In this document: in pieces, positions 37,283-50,504 of the stretch
Layout: each line of letters begins with the position of its first letter
Position numbering within the stretch: position 1 is the stretch's first letter
Origin: Candidatus Nomurabacteria bacterium
GTDB taxonomy: Bacteria > Patescibacteriota > Patescibacteriia > HK-STAS-PATE-3
Reading direction: 5' to 3'
NCBI GenBank assembly: GCA_023898465.1
Contig: CP060223.1
Location: 32,001-96,000, forward strand
DNA: 64,000 bases
The notes under the pieces: generated by a model
What the model was told of the DNA's origin: nothing
What the model saw: the letters and a program-made list of their open reading frames with translations, nothing else
Database searches by the model: none
Made by a program: the position numbers and the translations under genes

Positions 37283-39380
37283 AAGAATCCGCCCTCCAAT
37301 CACCTGGGACCTACACCTCCCACAACCTTGATCTCCAGTATATCTACCAATGGGGAGACTGTGCCTCTGGCTGTAATGACTCTTCCACTGCCTTCACTAC
37401 CAACATCACGGTTCCCAGTAACACCTCAGTCCAGTTTGAACTCCGCCATTCAGCTGACGGCTCCACCAACTGGTCATCATGGACATCCCTGGCTACCTAC
37501 ACTACCTCTGGTACCAAAACGCTCACCCGAGGAGACCTAGTGGGTCTCATTGGTGATATCTTCAATCGTTATGTCCAAACTCGGATTACGCTGACCTCCT
37601 CAGATGGGAGTAGTAATCCTTCCATCGCTGACTACCGCTACGACTACACCAGAGAAACTGATCCGCCCAGTAATCCCAACACGCAGAATGGCTATGCCTC
37701 GAATGGAGGAGCAGCCATTACTTCAGGTAATTGGTACAACCATCCAGCTCCCTACTTCACCTGGAGTGGCGCCAGTGACACTGATGCTGGTATGTCCGGA
37801 GGCTACTCCGGCTACTGGGTCTGCTTTGGCACCTCATCCTGTGAACCTACCTCTGGTACCTTTGTGTCTTCCGCTGCCTACACGGCTGGGAGTCTCACTA
37901 CCAATACGACCTACTACCTCCGCATCAAAGCGAGAGATGCTGCCGGCAATGTGGCCACCTCAGCCTACGATGCCTTTACCTACAAATACGACGCCACCCC
38001 ACCAGCCAATCCCTCTGGTATCCTGCCTGATCCGGCTGGCTTTACCAATGTGAATGACTTTGACTTCACCTGGAATACCGGCTCCGATGCGGGTGGCTCT
38101 GGTATTGCTGAATACTGCTACAAGACCGGAGAAGATGGCTATGTCGAAACCTGTACCGCCTCCACCTCAGTCACGGGTATTACTGCCTACCAAGAAGGAG
38201 CCAATATCTTTTACGTGAGAAGTAAAGATATCGCTGGCAACCTCCCCACCTTCTACACCCAGGTCTCTTACTACTACTCTGCCAATGCGCCTTCACCACC
38301 GCAAGGACTCGAGGTGGACCCCACAGAGAACACGGCCAACTCCTTTACCTTTACCTGGCTACTTCCCGCCTCCTACTCCAATCCGATTGCCACCTACCAT
38401 TACTCGGTAAATGCCTTACCCACGGCAAGTAACACGACCGCAACGACCAACCTCAGTGTCGGTCCTGGTGCCTTTGCCACCCAACAAGGCACGAACATCT
38501 TCTATGTCGTCGCCAAAGACACCGCTGGCAACGTGGAATGGGACTCCTACGCTGCAGTTGAGTTCACCGCCAATACCACTGCTCCAGGTATTCCAACTGG
38601 TGTGACCCTGACAGACTCATCCATTCGGGCCCAGAACAAGTATTCCCTCACCCTCACCTGGGATGCTCCAGAGAACGAAGGCTCAGGTATTGATCACTAC
38701 GTCATTGACCGCTCAACCACTATCGGCTGCAGTGATGGTTCAGGTACCTGGGTCCAGCATGCCACCACCACCGCTGAAGGCTACTTTGATCCGAATCTTT
38801 CCAATACCACGACCTACTGCTACCGCGTGAAGGCAGCCGACAATGCCGGAGCCCAATCCGCCACCTCCTCTATTGTCTCCATGCGTCCAGAAGGCCGCTT
38901 CACTGAACCTCCAGAACTCATTGGCTCCCCAGGGGTTGAAGCCTACATCCAGTCGGCGACCGTCGAGTGGCTGACTGATCGCGAAGGCAGCTCCTTTGTG
39001 GAGTTTGGCACGTCCTCAGATACTCTTGATCGTGTCATGGGCCAAGACGACTTTGTGACCAGTCACAGTGTCACCCTCCTCGACCTTGATCCGGCTACTA
39101 CCTACTACTATCGTACGAAATACACTGACCAAGACAGTAATACCGGCTATTCTTCAGTCCTCTCCTTTACCACTGCTGATGCACCGTCAGCTCCGACCAA
39201 CCTCAGTGTGGACCCAGAGAGTAATACCCGAAACTCCTTTACCTTTGCCTGGGATCCCCCCAGTGATGCTGGAGTCACTATTCAAGGCTACTTCTACAGT
39301 GTGAATGATGTCCCCACCAGTACGAATACCTCCTTCACTGCTCAGCAAGAGCTTGGCCCTGGCGCATATGCCACGAGACA
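37283..39380 (+). repeat. about 2-kb shared stalk module, copy in P2
   Basis: Near-identical at the nucleotide level to 42287-43969 (P3) and 47464-49410 (P4). From 37990 it also matches 53300-54700 (P5). Encodes ESALQSPGTYTSHNLDLQYIYQWGDCASGCND... through ...APSAPTNLSVDPESNTRNSFTFAWDPPSDAG. Confidence 0.85.
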
Positions 39381-40311
39381 AGGGAGAACGTCTTCTACCT
39401 TGTCGCTATTGATGAAGGAACAATGTGAACTACGACAACTATGCTGCAGTCGCTTTCACTGCCACGACCCCCGCTCCTGCCATCCCCACCGGCCTCATCA
39501 TTACCGATGCCTCGAACCGAGAAACTGAAGACTACTCTATTGCCTTGAAGTGGAAAGCAGTGACCACTGAACAAGCCGGTAGCCTGGAAGATGACGCGGT
39601 GACCTACGAGATTCTCCGTTCCACTGATGGAGACAGCTTCTCCACCGTGGCCAACATTACCTCGACTGGCTACCTGGACGTCGATCTCGACAATACGACG
39701 GAGTATTACTACCAAGTGAAAGCCAAAGACTCCGCCGGCGCTGCTTCAGCTCCTTCGACCACCGTCTCAGATATCCCTGAGGGGAGATATACCACTCCAC
39801 CGGAGATTACCAAAGCCCCCCACGTTACTCCTTCCAGCTTCTCAGCCAAGGTAGAGTGGAGTACTGGACGGCCAACTACCTCCTTTGTTCAATTTGGCAC
39901 TAACCCCGCCTCATTAACAGAAGAGCAGGGTACTTCAAACCTTATCGCTGACCACGAGGTAACCATTGAGGGTTTGCAGCCTGAAACTACGTATTCATAT
40001 AGAGTAAAAAGTGTTGATGTGGATGGAAACATTTCACATTCAAGTGTTGCTACATTTACCACCCAGGCTGCTCCACGTGTTTCAAATGTAGGCATCAGCG
40101 ACGTACGTTTATTTGATGCTCTCATTAGCTGGGAAACAAATAAAGCGACCACAACTTCACTTGAGTATGGCACCACCACGAACTATGGTACAACGGTGAG
40201 CGATGCAACAGGATCAACTACCACATCTCATTTATATAAGTTAGAGAATTTGCAAGATGACACGCTCTACCATCTTCGTTTCCGTGGCGTTGATGCAGAA
40301 GGGACGCAAGT

Positions 40312-40999
40312 TAGTTCCGACGACTACACCTTCACCACCCTGACTTTCCCCCGGGTCGAGAACATCACCTGGGCTAATCAAGCCGAAGGCGAGACCGAAG
40401 TGCAATGGACTACGAATGTCCCCACCACCTCCCAAGTGGAATATTACAACGAAACTACTCCAGCCAAGACCCAAGGTAATACGGTCCTGACCACGGAACA
40501 CTCCGTCCTCCTCTTTGGCCTCGACGATGCCACCATTTACCAATTCCAAGTCCGAGGCACTGACCAATTTGGCTACGAAGCCATCTCAGATGAGCAAGAG
40601 TTCCGTACCCTGGAAGATACTACCCCTCCAGTCGTGAGTAATGTGCAGGTAGAGTCCAATACCATTGGCTCAGGTGAGCTCTCTCGTGTGCAGATCATTG
40701 TCCGCTGGACCACCAATGAGCCTACCTCTTCTCAAGTCCGCTTTGGTGAAGGAAATAACCTTTCCTCTGAATCAGATGTGAACCCAGAGTTAGTCTATGA
40801 TCACCTCCTTGTCGTCTCAGACCTAGAACCAGCGAGAACCTACAATATTCAAGCTATTGCCGTCGACAAAGCAGGGAATAGTACTGACTCTGATACCTAC
40901 CGAGTGCTTACCACCCGTCGGAGAGATTCCTTCCTCCAACTGGTCATTGGCAACCTGGAAGACACCTTTGCCTGGTTTACTAATATTGGAGGACTCTGA
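40312..40999 (+). repeat. about 0.7-kb conserved C-terminal module (TLTFPRVENITWANQAEGETEVQWTTN...RRRDSFLQLVIGNLEDTFAWFTNIGGL), copy 1 of 4
   Basis: Near-identical DNA at 45306-45998, 50505-51180 and 55635-56318. The P1 version (35195-35854) is conserved only at protein level. Confidence 0.85.
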
Positions 41000-42245
41000 T
41001 GGCACGGACGATGAAACATTGGCATAGAGGTGCAAAGAAGCGACCAGCTCATCCAGCAACACGTACGAGCTATCGTCGAAAATATCGCCAGCAAGTAGGT
41101 ATCTCGATTGCGGTGTTTTCACTTTTCCTACTCACTATCTCGTCATTTATCCAGGCAGCCGCACCAGAAGCCACCTACGTTGAAGTAACTTCAGACGCGG
41201 ACTGGAACATGGGCACCTTGAGCGATGTTACGGTGAATAGTGGGAGTATTGAAATCTCTGGAGATGGGGGAGCAAACTGGATAGCAGAATCAGGATGGCA
41301 ATTGCGGCAAAAGATTACCTTTGATGCTTCTACGCTCACGACATCTCTGAGTTATTTTCCCATCATGGTGCATATTGATAATACAAATACGGATTTTTGG
41401 GCAGGAGCGGCAAGTCGTGACGAAGTACGCTTCGGTGATAGCGATGGTGCCGTTTTAGATTTTCATTTTGAAAAATTTGATCATACTGCCGATGATGCCA
41501 TTGCCTGGGTTGAAGTGCCAACGCTAACTAATGATTCTTCTGATCACATATATCTCTATTATGGACACGCTTCACCAGCTAACGGTGAAGATGAAGCGGG
41601 CACCTATGATAATGACGGAAATTTTGTTGGCGTTTGGCACATGGCAGAGACAAGTGGTACGTCATATGATTCTACAAGTAATAACGTTGACCTCACTCCT
41701 CGCAATGCACCAACCCAAGATGAAACTGGCAAGGTAAATGGAGGAGATGGCTTCACAGGAAACGGCGACGCGCTCCATAATCAAACGTCAAGTATCGTAT
41801 TTGGAAATAGTATTACTCTAGAAGGTTGGTTTAAGCGAACCGGATCCGGTACTGGGTCCGGAAGAATTTTAGAATTTTCCCTGGATGGCGACGCTGATAG
41901 CCACGCCTTAGCCGTCGATTCAGACGGTTCACTTCGAGCCTGGGTGCAATGTACGACTGGTCGAGTTGGCAGCGCTGATGATCCTACTGTATATGGTACA
42001 GGAACTTGGTATTACTTCGCTTACACCTATGACGGATCGATTGGTCGACTTTATGTGAATGGTGTTCAGAAAAAAACTGCAAGTGGATCTTGTGCAAATT
42101 TAGATGATGCAGGGGACACTATTCTTGGAGCAATTTCTGACCAGAGCGGTGCTTACTCCCTGCCGCAACATGAATTTGATGGATATTTAGATGAACATCG
42201 TGCTTCTGATGTAGCTCGATCAGCTGATTGGATTAAAGCTGCTTA

Positions 42246-43969
42246 TCTCTCCGAAACCGACACCCTCATCTCGACCTGGGGAAGTGAAGAATCCGCCCTC
42301 CAATCACCTGGCACTTACACCTCCCACAACCTTGATCTCCAGTATATCTACCAATGGGGAGACTGTGCCTCTGGCTGTAATGACTCTTCCACTGCCTTCA
42401 CTACCAACATCACGGTTCCCAGTAACACCTCAGTTCAGTTTGAACTCCGCCATTCAGCTGACGGCTCCACCAACTGGTCATCATGGACATCCCTGGCCAC
42501 CTACACCTCCTCTGGTACCAAAACGCTCACCCGAGGAGAGATGGTCACCCTCGTAGGCGATATCTTCAATCGTTATGTCCAAACCAGAATTACCCTCAGC
42601 TCCTCAGATGGCAGTAGTAATCCTTCCATCGCTGACTACCGCTACGACTACACCAGAGAAACTGATCCCCCCAGTAATCCCAACACCCAGAATGGCTATG
42701 CCTCGAATGGAGGAGCAGCCATTACTTCAGGTAATTGGTACAACCATCCTGCTCCCTACTTCACCTGGAGTGGAGCCAGTGATACTGATGCTGGTATGTC
42801 CGGAGGCTACTCCGGCTACTGGGTCTGCTTTGGCACCTCATCCTGTGAACCTACCTCTGGTACCTTTGTGTCTTCCGCTGCCTACACGGCTGGGAGTCTC
42901 ACTACCAATACGACCTACTACCTCCGCATCAAAGCGAGAGATGCTGCCGGCAATGTGGCCACCTCAGCCTACGATGCCTTTACCTACAAATACGACGCCA
43001 CCCCACCAGCCAATCCCTCTGGTATCCTGCCTGATCCGGCTGGCTTTACCAATGTGAATGACTTTGACTTCACCTGGAATACCGGCTCCGATGCGGGTGG
43101 CTCTGGTATTGCTGAATACTGCTACAAGACCGGAGAAGACGGCTATGTCGAAACCTGTACCGCCTCCACCTCAGTCACGGGTATTACTGCCTACCAAGAA
43201 GGAGCCAATATCTTTTACGTGAGAAGTAAAGATATCGCTGGCAACCTTCCCACCTTCTACACCCAGGTGTCCTACTACTACTCGGCCAATGCTCCTTCAC
43301 CACCGCAGGGACTTGCGGTTGATCCGACCGAGAACACGGCGAACTCCTTTACCTTTACCTGGCTTGCTCCCGCCTCCTACTCCAACCCGATTGCCACCTA
43401 CCATTACTCGGTGAATGCCTTACCCACGGCAAGTAACACGACCGCAACGACCAACCTCAGTGTCGGTCCTGGTGCCTTTGCCACCCAACAAGGCACGAAC
43501 ATCTTCTATGTCGTCGCCAAAGACACCGCTGGCAACGTGGAATGGGACTCCTACGCTGCAGTTGAGTTCACCGCCAATACCACTGCTCCAGGTATTCCAA
43601 CTGGTGTGACCCTGACCGACTCATCCATTCGGGCCCAGAACAAGTATTCCCTCACCCTCACCTGGGATGCTCCAGAGAACGAAGGCTCAGGTATTGATCA
43701 CTACGTCATTGACCGCTCAACCACTATCGGCTGCAGTGATGGTTCAGGTACCTGGGTCCAGCATGCCACCACCACCGCTGAAGGCTACTTTGATCCGAAT
43801 CTTTCCAATACCACCACCTACTGCTACCGCGTGAAGGCAGCCGACAATGCCGGAGCCCAATCCGCCACCTCCTCTATTGTCTCCATGCGTCCAGAAGGCC
43901 GCTTCACTGAACCCCCAGAACTCATTGGTTCCCCAGGGGTTGAAGCCTACATCCAGTCGGCGACTATTG
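42246..43969 (+). repeat. shared stalk module, copy in P3
   Basis: Identity to the P4 copy begins about 40 nt further upstream (ctctccgaaaccgacaccctcatctcgacctgggg) than identity to P2. It diverges from P2/P4 after 43969 into an AT-richer version of the same protein domains. Confidence 0.85.
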
Positions 43970-45305
43970 AATGGTTAACAGATCGTGAGGCGAATTCATT
44001 TGTTGAATTCGGAGTAGCGTCTGACACTTTGGACCGAATTATGGGACAGGACGATTTCGTTTCCTCGCATACAGTACAATTATTGGATCTAGAGCCTGCC
44101 ACAACATATTATTATCGAACCAAGCATACTGATCAGGATAGCAATACTGGTTACTCTACAATTTTGTCATTTTCAACGGCGGACGCCCTCTGCTCCAACA
44201 AATTTGACCGTGAGCCCAGAAAGCAACACACGCAATTCATTTACTTTTTCATGGGATGCGCCAAGTGATGAAGGAGTAGATGCAGGGATATTTCTACAGT
44301 ATTAATGACGTGCCAACTAGTACAAACACTTCCTTCACTACGCAAACTGAATTAGGTCCAGGTGCATATGCTAGCCGGCAGGGTGAAAATGTGTTTTATG
44401 TAGTAGCGATCGATGATGCAAATAATATTAATTATAGTAATTACGCAAGTATTTCATTTAGTGCTGAAACCCCCGCTCCTGCCATCCCCACCGGCCTCAT
44501 CATTACCGATGCCTCGAACCGAGAAACTGAAGACTACTCTATTGCCTTGAAGTGGAAAGCAGTGACCACTGAACAAGCCGGTAGCCTGGAAGATGATGCG
44601 GTGACCTACGAGATTCTCCGTTCCACTGATGGAGACAGCTTCTCCACCGTGGCCAACATTACCTCGACTGGCTACCTGGATGTCGATCTCGACAATACGA
44701 CGGAGTATTACTACCAAGTGAAAGCCAAAGACTCCGCCGGCGCTGCTTCAGCTCCTTCGACCACCGTCTCAGATATCCCTGAGGGGAGATATACCACTCC
44801 ACCGGAGATTACCAAAGCCCCCCACGTTACTCCTTCCAGCTTCTCAGCCAAGGTAGAGTGGAGTACTGACCGTGATGCTGATTCCCACGTAGAATATGGC
44901 AGCACCTCAGATCTCACTGAAGAGCAAGGGACGATTGATGAAACTGATGAACATAGCATCCAACTCGAAGGACTCCAACCAGAAACGACCTATTACTACC
45001 GCATTCGTTCACGTGACCAAGATGGCAATGTAGCCCTCTCGAGCATCACTACCTTTACTACCTTGGAGGCACCGAGGGTGTCAAACGTAAAGATAAGCGA
45101 CATTCGTTTATTTGATGCTTTTCTTACTTGGGATACGAATGTTGCTTTAACTACTGAACTTGAGTATGGCATTTCTACAAATTACGGAACCATTGTGAGT
45201 GATGCCACAGCCTCAAGAACAACCAGCCACACGGTAAGACTGCAAAACCTCACTGATGGTACACTTTACCACTTACGTTTACGAGGAACAGATAGTGAAG
45301 GAAAC

Positions 45306-45998
45306 TTACTTTTGTCCGACGACTACACCTTCACCACCCTGACCTTCCCCCGGGTCGAGAACATCACCTGGGCTAATCAAGCCGAAGGCGAGACCGAAGT
45401 GCAATGGACTACGAATGTCCCCACCACCTCCCAAGTGGAATATTACAACGAAACGACTCCAGCCAAGACCCAAGGTAATACGGTCCTGACCACGGAACAC
45501 TCCGTCCTCTCCTCTTTGGCCTCGACGATGCCACCATTTACCAATTCAAGTCCGAGGTACTGACCAATTTGGCTACGAAGCCATCTCAGATGAGCAAGAG
45601 TTCCGTACCCTGGAAGATACTACCCCTCAGTCGTGAGTAATGTGCAGGTAGAGTCCAATACCATTGGCTCAGGTGAGCTCTCTCGTGTGCAGATCATTGT
45701 CCGCTGGACCACCAATGAGCCTACCTCTTCCCAAGTCCGCTTTGGTGAAGGAAATAGCCTTTCCTCTGAATCAGATGTGAACCCAGAGTTAGTCTATGAT
45801 CACCTCCTTGTCGTCTCAGACCTAGAACCAGCGAGAACCTACAATATTCAGGCTATTGCCGTTGACAAAGCAGGGAATAGTACTGACTCTGATACCTACC
45901 GAGTGCTTACCACCCGTCGGAGAGATTCCTTCCTCCAACTGGTCATTGGCAACCTGGAAGACACCTTTGCCTGGTTTACCAATATTGGGGGGTTGTAG
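45306..45998 (+). repeat. conserved C-terminal module, copy 2 (carries indels)
   Basis: tccgtcctctcctctttgg has 2 extra nt relative to the other copies. caattcaagtcc and tacccctcagtcgtg each lack one C. Confidence 0.8.
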
Positions 45999-47423
45999 CA
46001 TAGAGAAAGTTGAAGAAGTTTTAGGAATTTCCTGATTTGACTAAATCAAGGAAAAATTTTACAATATAACAACAAAAAATAATTTTAATTTGCGAAATTA
46101 AGGATTTTGGCTTGAAGATTAGCCAAAAAATTTTTTTCGGGGAAGAGAAAAAGAGCCAAGGCTCAAATATCTCAAGCACGAAAAAAACAAGACTTCAAAG
46201 CTATCTAACTGGTAGCATGCTTCATAGAAAAGAAAAAAACCAGGCAACTCTGCGCGTGGTTTTTTTGTGCTGACAAAAAAATATCGCCTGCAGTCAGTCA
46301 TCTCGGTAATGCTTGCCATTACTTTAGGTTTCGGCATTTTTTGCAGTTTAATGCAATTGCCGCTCCACCAGAAGCCACTTACATTGAAGTAACTTCAGAC
46401 GCAGACTGGAACATGGGCACCTTTTGAGCGATGTTACAGTGAATAGCGGGAGTATTGAGATCTCCGGAGATGGGGGAGCGAACTGGATAGCAGAGTCTGG
46501 CTGGCAATTCAGACAGCAATTGACCTTTGATGCATCTTCATTAAGTGCTCCAGTCGCCAATATGCCGATTATGGTGCATATCAGTGCATCCAACACTGAC
46601 TACTGGGGCGAAGTGACCTCAAGAGATGAAACCCGTTTCGGCGATAGCGATGGTACGGCTTTAGACTTTCATTTTGAGAAATTTGATGATGCCAATGATG
46701 ATGCGATTGCCTGGGTAGAAGTGCCTCAGGTTGATAATGCTGATACCGACTCCATCTATCTTTACTATGGAAATGATGCGGCAACGAATGGTGAAGATGG
46801 GGCGGGCACCTATGATAATGATGGGAATTTTCAGGGTGTATGGCACATGAATAATGCAACCAGCACCACAATCAGCGATAGTACTGGACATGGTTATACC
46901 GGTACAAAGGGTGCGAGCACGGCTGCCCCAACTCAGGTCAACGGACAAATTGGTTATGCACAATCTTTCGACGGCGGTGACTATATTGATTTTGGCAACG
47001 TTCTTAATCCAGGAAGTAATGATTGGACTGTAGAAATTTGGTTTAAAACAACTTCAAATGGGAGTCCTAGTTCACGAATTCTCTATAATAAAGAGAATTT
47101 GTACGAGGCTGCGGCAGCCGGAAGTTCTTACCACGACTACGCCTGGCAGCCGCACTGGGCTTGGGATGGAGGAACTGCTTTTTCCGTTACAAATAATGTT
47201 TGGCATTTGTCTGGGACGACATACGATAAGTCCAAGCAACGTTTATATAAGAATGGTGTCCTTGTGTACAACCGGGACCAGGGTGGCGTCATGGGGACAA
47301 CCACTTCACGCTTACAATTTGGCGCCCGAGGAGATACTGGGCACTCATCTTTTTATATTGGAGAGATTGATGAAGTGCGCATGTCGAGTACGGCTCGGAG
47401 CGCAGACTGGTTAGCCTTAGCGC

Positions 47424-49410
47424 ATCTCTCCGAAACCGACACCCTCATCTCGACCTGGGGAAGTGAAGAATCCGCCCTCCAATCACCTGGCACTTACACC
47501 TCCCACAACCTTGATCTCCAGTATATCTACCAATGGGGAGACTGTGCCTCTGGCTGTAATGACTCTTCCACTGCCTTCACTACCAACATCACGGTTCCCA
47601 GTAACACCTCAGTTCAGTTTGAACTCCGCCATTCAGCTGACGGCTCCACCAACTGGTCATCATGGACATCCCTGGCCACCTACACCTCCTCTGGTACCAA
47701 AACGCTCACCCGAGGAGAGATGGTCACCCTCGTAGGCGATATCTTCAATCGTTATGTCCAAACCAGAATTACCCTCAGCTCCTCAGATGGCAGTAGTAAT
47801 CCTTCCATCGCTGACTACCGCTACGACTACACCAGAGAAACTGATCCGCCCAGTAATCCCAACACCCAGAATGGCTATGCCTCGAATGGAGGAGCAGCCA
47901 TTACTTCAGGTAATTGGTACAACCATCCAGCTCCCTACTTCACCTGGAGTGGCGCCAGTGATACTGATGCTGGTATGTCCGGAGGCTACTCCGGCTACTG
48001 GGTCTGCTTTGGCACCTCATCCTGTGAACCTACCTCTGGTACCTTTGTGTCTTCCGCTGCCTACACGGCTGGGAGTCTCACTACCAATACGACCTACTAC
48101 CTCCGCATCAAAGCGAGAGATGCTGCCGGCAATGTGGCCACCTCAGCCTACGATGCCTTTACCTACAAATACGACGCCACCCCACCAGCCAATCCCTCTG
48201 GTATCCTGCCTGATCCGGCTGGCTTTACCAATGTGAATGACTTTGACTTCACCTGGAATACCGGCTCCGATGCGGGTGGCTCTGGTATTGCTGAATACTG
48301 CTACAAGACCGGAGAAGACGGCTATGTCGAAACCTGTACCGCCTCCACCTCAGTCACGGGTATTACTGCCTACCAAGAAGGAGCCAATATCTTTTACGTG
48401 AGAAGTAAAGATATCGCTGGCAACCTTCCCACCTTCTACACTCAGGTGTCCTACTACTACTCGGCCAATGCCCCTTCACCACCCCAGGGACTTGCGGTTG
48501 ATCCTACCGAGAACACGGCGAACTCCTTTACCTTTACCTGGCTACTTCCCGCCTCCTACTCCAACCCGATTGCCACCTACCACTACTCGGTGAATGCCTT
48601 ACCCACGGCAAGTAACACGACCGCAACGACCAACCTCAGTGTCGGTCCTGGTGCCTTTGCCACCCAACAAGGCACGAACATCTTCTATGTCGTCGCCAAA
48701 GACACGGCTGGCAACGTGGAATGGGACTCCTACGCTGCAGTTGAGTTCACTGCCAATACCACTGCTCCAGGTATTCCAACTGGTGTGACCCTGACCGACT
48801 CATCCATTCGGGCCCAGAACAAGTATTCCCTCACCCTCACCTGGGATGCTCCAGAGAACGAAGGCTCAGGTATTGATCACTACGTCATTGACCGCTCAAC
48901 CACTATCGGCTGCAGTGATGGTTCAGGTACCTGGGTCCAGCATGCCACCACCACCGCTGAAGGCTACTTTGATCCGAATCTTTCCAATACCACCACCTAC
49001 TGCTACCGCGTGAAGGCAGCCGACAATGCCGGAGCCCAATCCGCCACCTCCTCTATTGTCTCCATGCGTCCAGAAGGCCGCTTCACTGAACCCCCAGAAC
49101 TCATTGGTTCCCCAGGGGTTGAAGCCTACATCCAGTCGGCCACCGTCGAGTGGCTGACTGATCGCGAAGGCAGCTCCTTTGTGGAGTTTGGCACGTCCTC
49201 AGATACTCTTGATCGTGTCATGGGCCAAGATGACTTTGTGACCAGTCACAGCGTCACCCTCCTCGACCTTGATCCGGCTACTACCTACTACTATCGTACG
49301 AAATACACTGACCAAGACAGTAATACCGGCTATTCTTCAGTCCTCTCCTTTACCACTGCTGATGCACCGTCAGCTCCGACCAACCTCAGTGTGGACCCAG
49401 AGAGTAATAC
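47424..49410 (+). repeat. shared stalk module, copy in P4
   Basis: Near-identical to the P2 and P3 copies, with scattered synonymous differences (for example ccagc/ccggc). Confidence 0.85.
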
Positions 49411-50504
49411 CCAGAAACTCCTTTACCTTTGCCTGGGATCCCCCAGTGATGCTGGAGTCACTATTCAAGGCTACTTCTACAGTGTGAATGATGTCCCCCA
49501 CCAGTACGAATACCTCCCTTCACTGCTCAGCAAGAGCTTGGCCCTGGCGCATATGCCACGAGACAAGGGAGAACGTCTTCTACCTTGTCGCTATTGATGA
49601 AGCGAACAATGTGAACTACGACAACTATGCTGCAGTCGCTTTCACTGCCACGACCCCTGCTCCTGCCATCCCCACCGGCCTCATCATTACCGATGCCTCG
49701 AACCGAGAAACTGAAGACTACTCTATTGCCTTGAAGTGGAAAGCAGTGACCACTGAACAAGCCGGTAGCCTGGAAGATGATGCGGTGACCTACGAGATTC
49801 TCCGTTCCACTGATGGAGACAGCTTCTCCACCGTGGCCAACATTACCTCGACTGGCTACCTGGATGTCGATCTCGACAATACGACGGAGTATTACTACCA
49901 AGTGAAAGCCAAAGACTCCGCCGGCGCTGCTTCAGCTCCTTCGACCACCGTCTCAGATATCCCTGAGGGAGATATACCACTCCACCGGAGATTACCAAAG
50001 CCCCCACGTTACTCCTTCCAGCTTCTCAGCCAAGGTAGAGTGGAGTACTGACCGTGATGCTGATTCCCACGTAGAATATGGCAGCACCTCAGATCTCACT
50101 GAAGAGCAAGGGACGATTGATGAAACTGATGAACATAGCATCCAACTCGAAGGACTCCAACCAGAAACGACCTATTACTACCGTATTCGTTCACGTGACC
50201 AAGATGGCAATGTAGCCCTCTCGAGCATCACTACCTTTACTACCTTGGAGGCACCGAGGGTGTCGGATGTGGTCATTTCTGATATCAAACTTTACGATGC
50301 GCTTATTGCGTGGAAAACAAACAAGGCAACAACAACGGTTTTGGAATATGGTACGACTGAGCAATACGGCCAAAGTCTCGCAGATACTTCTGGGTCCCTT
50401 ACCACGAACCATATTGTGAAGCTTGATAGCTTAACCGATGATACACTGTATCATTTCCGTCCTACTGGTTTCGACGAGAGCGGGAATGCTCCAGAGAGTA
50501 GCGA

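Larger units (their letters stand above)
35992..40999 (+). pseudogene. giant surface protein P2 (DUF2341-like plus ConA-like glucanase/lectin head, Fn3-like stalk, conserved tail); TTG start; interrupted by two -1 indels at 39379-39425
   Basis: SD gggggat upstream of TTG. Head motif NRQPVTITNTGSAQTNYQVRVDVTY...DLRFAKADGTELDFWLQS is DUF2341-like. The reading frame switches between ORF 35992-39528 and ORF 39425-40999. caagggagaacg has G3 where the intact P5 has G4, and gatgaaggaacaatg has lost one base relative to P5. Confidence 0.7.
40999..45998 (+). pseudogene. giant surface protein P3 (DUF2341-like plus LamG/Laminin_G_3-like head, shared stalk and tail); several frameshifts
   Basis: ATG overlaps the P2 stop (cTGATGg). 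N-terminus MARTMKHWHRGAKKRPAHP, TM, then PEATYVEVTSDADWNMGTLSDVTVNSGSIEISGDGGANW. LamG-like region DGSLRAWVQ...WYYFAYTYDGSIGRLYVNGVQ. Frame breaks at about 44160-44290, 45500-45555 and 45625-45640, leaving three ORF pieces (40999-44268, 44280-45563, 45633-45998). Confidence 0.65.

Noticed and set aside
37604-38053. Recurrent 60-176-aa ORFs in alternative frames and on the minus strand inside the giant genes (for example 37604-38053, 42575-43057, 47754-48236, 38411-38605, 43415-43609, 48594-48788, 53731-53925; minus-strand 39395-39715, 44454-44717, 49527-49901, 54507-55037)
   Set aside because: They recur only because the underlying DNA module is repeated. They are Pro/Thr/Ser-rich frame artefacts of a GC-biased coding sequence, with no SD and fully nested in the long coding frame.
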